From NCBI GenBank assembly GCA_025210345.1, contig JAOARX010000013.1:143135-207134 (forward strand): 64,000 nucleotides of DNA. Reading direction: 5' to 3'. This DNA comes from Pelagimonas sp. Lineage in GTDB: Bacteria > Pseudomonadota > Alphaproteobacteria > Rhodobacterales > Rhodobacteraceae. Shown piece after piece: positions 60,764-64,000 of this stretch. Both the position numbers and the translations under genes were made by a program. Within the stretch, counting starts at the first letter, position 1. The number at the start of each line of letters is the position of its first letter. Under the pieces are notes generated by a model, which ran no database searches, was not told the origin of the DNA, and saw only the letters and a list, made by a program, of their open reading frames with translations.

Positions 60764-61983
60764 TGGATGGTTCCAAAGGATTTGAAGACGCCCTGACCGG
60801 CGAACAGAAAATCCGCAATTTCAACATCAACTTCGGCCCGCAACACCCTGCGGCGCACGGGGTGCTGCGTCTGGTTCTGGAGCTGGACGGCGAGATCGTG
60901 GAACGCTGCGACCCGCATATCGGGCTGCTGCATCGCGGGACGGAAAAGCTCATGGAGAGCCGGACCTACCTGCAAAACCTGCCGTATTTCGACCGGCTCG
61001 ATTACGTGGCGCCGATGAACCAGGAACACGCCTGGTGTCTGGCCATCGAAAAGCTGACCGGGGTTGAGGTGCCGCGCCGTGGCTCGCTCATCCGGGTGCT
61101 GTACTCGGAAATCGGCCGCATCCTGAACCATCTGCTGAACATCACCACACAGGCGATGGACGTGGGCGCGCTGACCCCGCCGCTTTGGGGCTTTGAAGAG
61201 CGTGAAAAGCTCATGATCTTTTACGAGCGCGCCTGTGGTGCCCGCCTGCACGCGAACTATTTCCGCCCCGGCGGTGTGCATCAGGATCTTCCGCCCGATC
61301 TGATCGACGATATCGAAACCTGGGCGCATGAATTCCCCAATGTCATCGCGGATATTGACGGGCTGTTGACCGAAAACCGGATTTTCAAACAGCGCAACGC
61401 GGATATTGGCATCGTGTCCGAGCAGGACATTCTGGACTGGGGCTATTCCGGTGTGATGGTGCGTGGTTCTGGCCTTGCATGGGATTTGCGCCGCGCGCAA
61501 CCCTATGAATGTTATGACGAATTCGACTTCCAGATCCCGGTGGGCAAAAACGGCGACTGCTATGATCGCTATCTGGTGCGCATGGAAGAGATGCGCCAGT
61601 CGCTGTCGATCATCCATCAGGCGATCGCCAAACTGCGCGCGCCCGAAGGGCAGGGGGATGTGCTGGCCCGTGGCAAGCTGACTCCGCCCAAACGCCAGGA
61701 TATGAAGACCTCGATGGAGGGGCTGATCCATCACTTCAAACTCTATACCGAGGGCTTCAAGGTGCCCGAGGGTGAGGTTTACGCCGCTGTCGAAGCCCCC
61801 AAGGGCGAGTTCGGTGTTTATCTCGTGTCGGATGGGTCCAACAAACCCTATCGTGCCAAGCTGCGTGCGCCAGGCTTTCTGCATCTCCAGTCGATGGATT
61901 ACATCGCGGGCGGCCACCAATTGGCGGATGTCGCGGCGATCATCGGCACCATGGACGTCGTGTTTGGAGAGATTGACCGCTAA
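60760..61983 (+). CDS. nuoD: NADH-quinone oxidoreductase subunit D
   Basis: 407 aa. 49-kDa subunit motifs ([14 protein letters not shown]). Confidence 0.95.
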   Translation: MMDGSKGFEDALTGEQKIRNFNINFGPQHPAAHGVLRLVLELDGEIVERCDPHIGLLHRGTEKLMESRTYLQNLPYFDRLDYVAPMNQEHAWCLAIEKLTGVEVPRRGSLIRVLYSEIGRILNHLLNITTQAMDVGALTPPLWGFEEREKLMIFYERACGARLHANYFRPGGVHQDLPPDLIDDIETWAHEFPNVIADIDGLLTENRIFKQRNADIGIVSEQDILDWGYSGVMVRGSGLAWDLRRAQPYECYDEFDFQIPVGKNGDCYDRYLVRMEEMRQSLSIIHQAIAKLRAPEGQGDVLARGKLTPPKRQDMKTSMEGLIHHFKLYTEGFKVPEGEVYAAVEAPKGEFGVYLVSDGSNKPYRAKLRAPGFLHLQSMDYIAGGHQLADVAAIIGTMDVVFGEIDR

Positions 61984-62056
61984 GCCCGCCGTTTGAGCGG
62001 GGGATTTTCGGCAGGACGCTGCCGCGCGCCCGGCAAAGCCGGTTGATGAGGGAAGA

Positions 62057-62353
62057 TTGATGAAGAAAATCGCAATGGCTTTTGCCGCTCTGGGTTTGAC
62101 AGCTGCCTGTGTGGTGCCGCCGCAGAACGTATCGCCTGATGATCTGGTGGCCTTTGACGAAGCGGTGGCCTCGATCGGATGTGATCTGGTGGCCGAAAGC
62201 GACTATCTGCCGGTGGAACTGCAGACCGGGCTGACCCGCGAGAAAGTCATCGAAGTGGCCCAATACCGCGTCGCCAACGAACAGGCGGTCAACCTGTCAA
62301 ACGGGGGTGTCCGCCTGAAAACCGGCGCCTGTGCCCCGGACAGCGAAGCCTGA
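62057..62353 (+). CDS. Small lipoprotein URF between nuoD and nuoE
   Basis: 98 aa. Lipobox LTAAC. No known domain. Confidence 0.5.
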   Translation: MMKKIAMAFAALGLTAACVVPPQNVSPDDLVAFDEAVASIGCDLVAESDYLPVELQTGLTREKVIEVAQYRVANEQAVNLSNGGVRLKTGACAPDSEA

Positions 62354-62423
62354 GATACGAATAGCCCCTACCGGGCCCCACAGCCACGAAGGATATCCTT
62401 CGAACAAGCAACGGAACGAACCC

Positions 62424-63515
62424 ATGCTGCGTCGACTGCACAATGACCAACCCGAAAGCTTCGCCTTTACCGAAGCCAATCTGGCCTGGGCGAATGAACA
62501 GATCACGAAATACCCCGCAGGGCGTCAGGCCAGTGCGGTGATCCCGCTGTTGTGGCGTGCGCAGGAACAGGAAGGCTGGCTTAGCCAACGGGCGATCGAA
62601 GCCGTGGCAGATATGCTGGACATGGCCTATATCCGCGTGTTTGAGGTGGCGTCCTTCTACTTTATGTTCCAGTTGCAGCCCGTGGGCTCGGTCGCGCATA
62701 TCCAGATCTGCGGAACCACCTCGTGTATGATCTGCGGCGCAGAGGATCTGATTGCGGTATGTCAAGAAAAGATCGCCACCAAACCGCATGTGATTTCTGA
62801 CGACGGCAAGTTTTCGTGGGAAGAGGTCGAATGCCTTGGTGCCTGCACCAACGCGCCCATGGCCCAGATCGGCAAGGATTATTACGAGGATCTGACCGCC
62901 GAAAAGCTGGCGGACCTGCTGGAGCGCCTTGGCAAGGGTGAGGTCCCACAGGTGGGTCCGCAAAACGGCCGTTTTGGCTCTGAACCCCTGGGGGGCGTGA
63001 CCAACCTCAAGGAATTTGTGAACGGTGCGATTACGCTGAATGCCTCGGCGCAACTGGCGCATGATATCGGGGACACGGTCAAACGGATCGACGGCACCGA
63101 GGTGCCTTTGCGCGCCCCATGGGGGGATCAGTCCGGCCGCCGCGGGGAAGGCCTTGCAAATGCGCAACCCCCCAAGGCGCCCGAGGCCCCCAAATCCGCG
63201 GTCCAGCAGGCCGCAGCGGAAAAGGCTGCGGCGGAAAATACCAAGGAAACGGCCTCCGAGCCCGAGGCCCCCGGTGTCAAACCCCAAACCCTTGAGGCCG
63301 CCCGCGACGGGGGGCCGGACGATCTGAAGCGGATCAAAGGGGTTGGACCCAAGCTGGAGGCGTTGCTGCATCGCCTTGGGTTCTTCCATTTTGATCAGGT
63401 CGCGGCCTGGACAGCGGATGAAGTCGCATGGGTCGATCAGAACCTTGAGGGCTTTAAAGGCCGCGTCAGCCGTGACGAATGGGTCAAACAAGCCAAAGAA
63501 TTTGCCGCCGAGTAA
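62424..63515 (+). CDS. nuoE: NADH-quinone oxidoreductase subunit E with ~150-aa C-terminal extension
   Basis: 24-kDa thioredoxin-like 2Fe-2S domain ([10 protein letters not shown]...[10 protein letters not shown]). Followed by an Ala/Pro/Lys-rich linker and a helix-hairpin-helix-like [11 protein letters not shown]-terminal module. Confidence 0.9.
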   Translation: MLRRLHNDQPESFAFTEANLAWANEQITKYPAGRQASAVIPLLWRAQEQEGWLSQRAIEAVADMLDMAYIRVFEVASFYFMFQLQPVGSVAHIQICGTTSCMICGAEDLIAVCQEKIATKPHVISDDGKFSWEEVECLGACTNAPMAQIGKDYYEDLTAEKLADLLERLGKGEVPQVGPQNGRFGSEPLGGVTNLKEFVNGAITLNASAQLAHDIGDTVKRIDGTEVPLRAPWGDQSGRRGEGLANAQPPKAPEAPKSAVQQAAAEKAAAENTKETASEPEAPGVKPQTLEAARDGGPDDLKRIKGVGPKLEALLHRLGFFHFDQVAAWTADEVAWVDQNLEGFKGRVSRDEWVKQAKEFAAE

Positions 63516-63593
63516 AATCGAAATTTGCGCTCTGTACGAAGAAAGGCAATAGTTTGCCATATGCTACGTAGAAAACGTACAGGGAGTAATGAG

Positions 63594-64000
63594 ATGACGA
63601 ATATGAATGGCGGCGAGGGCTGCGCAATGAAATGCTGGGGCGGAGCGGCGATTTTTGGTGCCTTGGCACTGGTCTTTGCTCTATTGGCGGGAAAGGGATT
63701 TTTTGCCGCTCTGGTGATCGGATTGCTGGTGCTCGGGCTGCTGGGTGCGTTATTTAACTGGCTCTTTTGTGCGGCGGTCCCCCAACCGGGAACAACGACA
63801 AGCGCGCAAGCGGAAACCGTTTCGGCACCTGCATCACCTGTTGCGGCGCCCGCAGCCGTGACATCTGGGGCCGCTGTGGTCGACGCGGCTGAGACCTCTG
63901 CTGGACAAACGCAGGCCACTGAGGCGACTTCTTCAGAAGCAGAAGCAGAAGCAGAAGCAGAAGCAGAAGCAGAAGCAGAAGCAGAAGCAGAAGCAGAAGC
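63594..64000 (+). CDS. URF with TM segment, Ala/Pro-rich region and Glu-Ala repeat tail (3' partial; runs off the window)
   Basis: ATG at 63594. Hydrophobic block, then (EA)n encoded by a GAAGCA repeat. No stop before 64000, which is why it is absent from the ORF track. Confidence 0.5.
   Translation, partial: MTNMNGGEGCAMKCWGGAAIFGALALVFALLAGKGFFAALVIGLLVLGLLGALFNWLFCAAVPQPGTTTSAQAETVSAPASPVAAPAAVTSGAAVVDAAETSAGQTQATEATSSEAEAEAEAEAEAEAEAEAEAE
63936..64000 (+). repeat. Hexanucleotide microsatellite (GAAGCA)n, at least 10 copies, continuing past the window edge
   Basis: Read directly. Encodes a Glu-Ala repeat in the frame of the preceding URF. Confidence 0.9.

Noticed and set aside
60727-61920. 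397-aa minus-strand ORF
   Set aside because: Antisense to nuoD.
62289-63560. 423-aa minus-strand ORF
   Set aside because: Antisense to nuoE.
63936-64000. Possible CRISPR-like periodicity
   Set aside because: The period is 6 bp with no spacers. It is a coding microsatellite, not a CRISPR array.

Overview
This 64 kb window looks like a chromosomal segment from a high-GC alphaproteobacterium with Rhodobacteraceae-type (Roseobacter group) gene content. It is densely coding and almost entirely core or housekeeping.

Gene content, in order:
- Left end: the LPS-transport locus surA-lptD-lptG-lptF, divergent from pepA-holC.
- 7.3-12.7 kb: a retropepsin-like aspartic protease, a MarC-family protein, an ABC-F ATPase, ndk, a TfoX-C protein and an aminotransferase.
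- 12.97-22.15 kb: an RcGTA-like gene transfer agent (GTA) head-tail structural cluster, followed by its usual neighbour cysE.
- 23-29 kb: a methyl-accepting chemotaxis protein, then the ftsB-pdhA-pdhB-(small ORF)-pdhC operon.
- 30-48 kb: pgk, tandem cyclophilins, several secreted or uncharacterised-family proteins (DUF900-like, DUF3179, SPFH, FemAB-like GNAT), tyrS/anmK, moaA, glmS-glmU and a DegT aminotransferase.
- 48.6-57.2 kb: a complete leucine catabolism (liu) cluster: ivd, mccB, mccA, GST, hmgL and the hydratase.
- 57.2-58.1 kb: a low-GC single-gene Mrr restriction island.
- 58.9 kb to the end: the start of the nuo operon (nuoA-E), with interspersed small URFs as in Rhodobacter.

The most interesting signal is that the GTA cluster is only about 9.2 kb and its tail and baseplate module is gutted.
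- g10.1 is fused in frame to the last ~50 codons of the g13 hub protein and then runs into the g14 NlpC/P60 peptidase. This implies loss of the tape measure (g11), distal tail protein (g12) and most of the hub (g13).
- The g15 host-specificity gene survives only as a 36-codon N-terminus, a frame break and about 315 C-terminal codons.
- The head genes and tail tube genes are intact.

No rRNA, tRNA, CRISPR or transposase was recognised. Long antisense ORFs in the six-frame track are high-GC artefacts.
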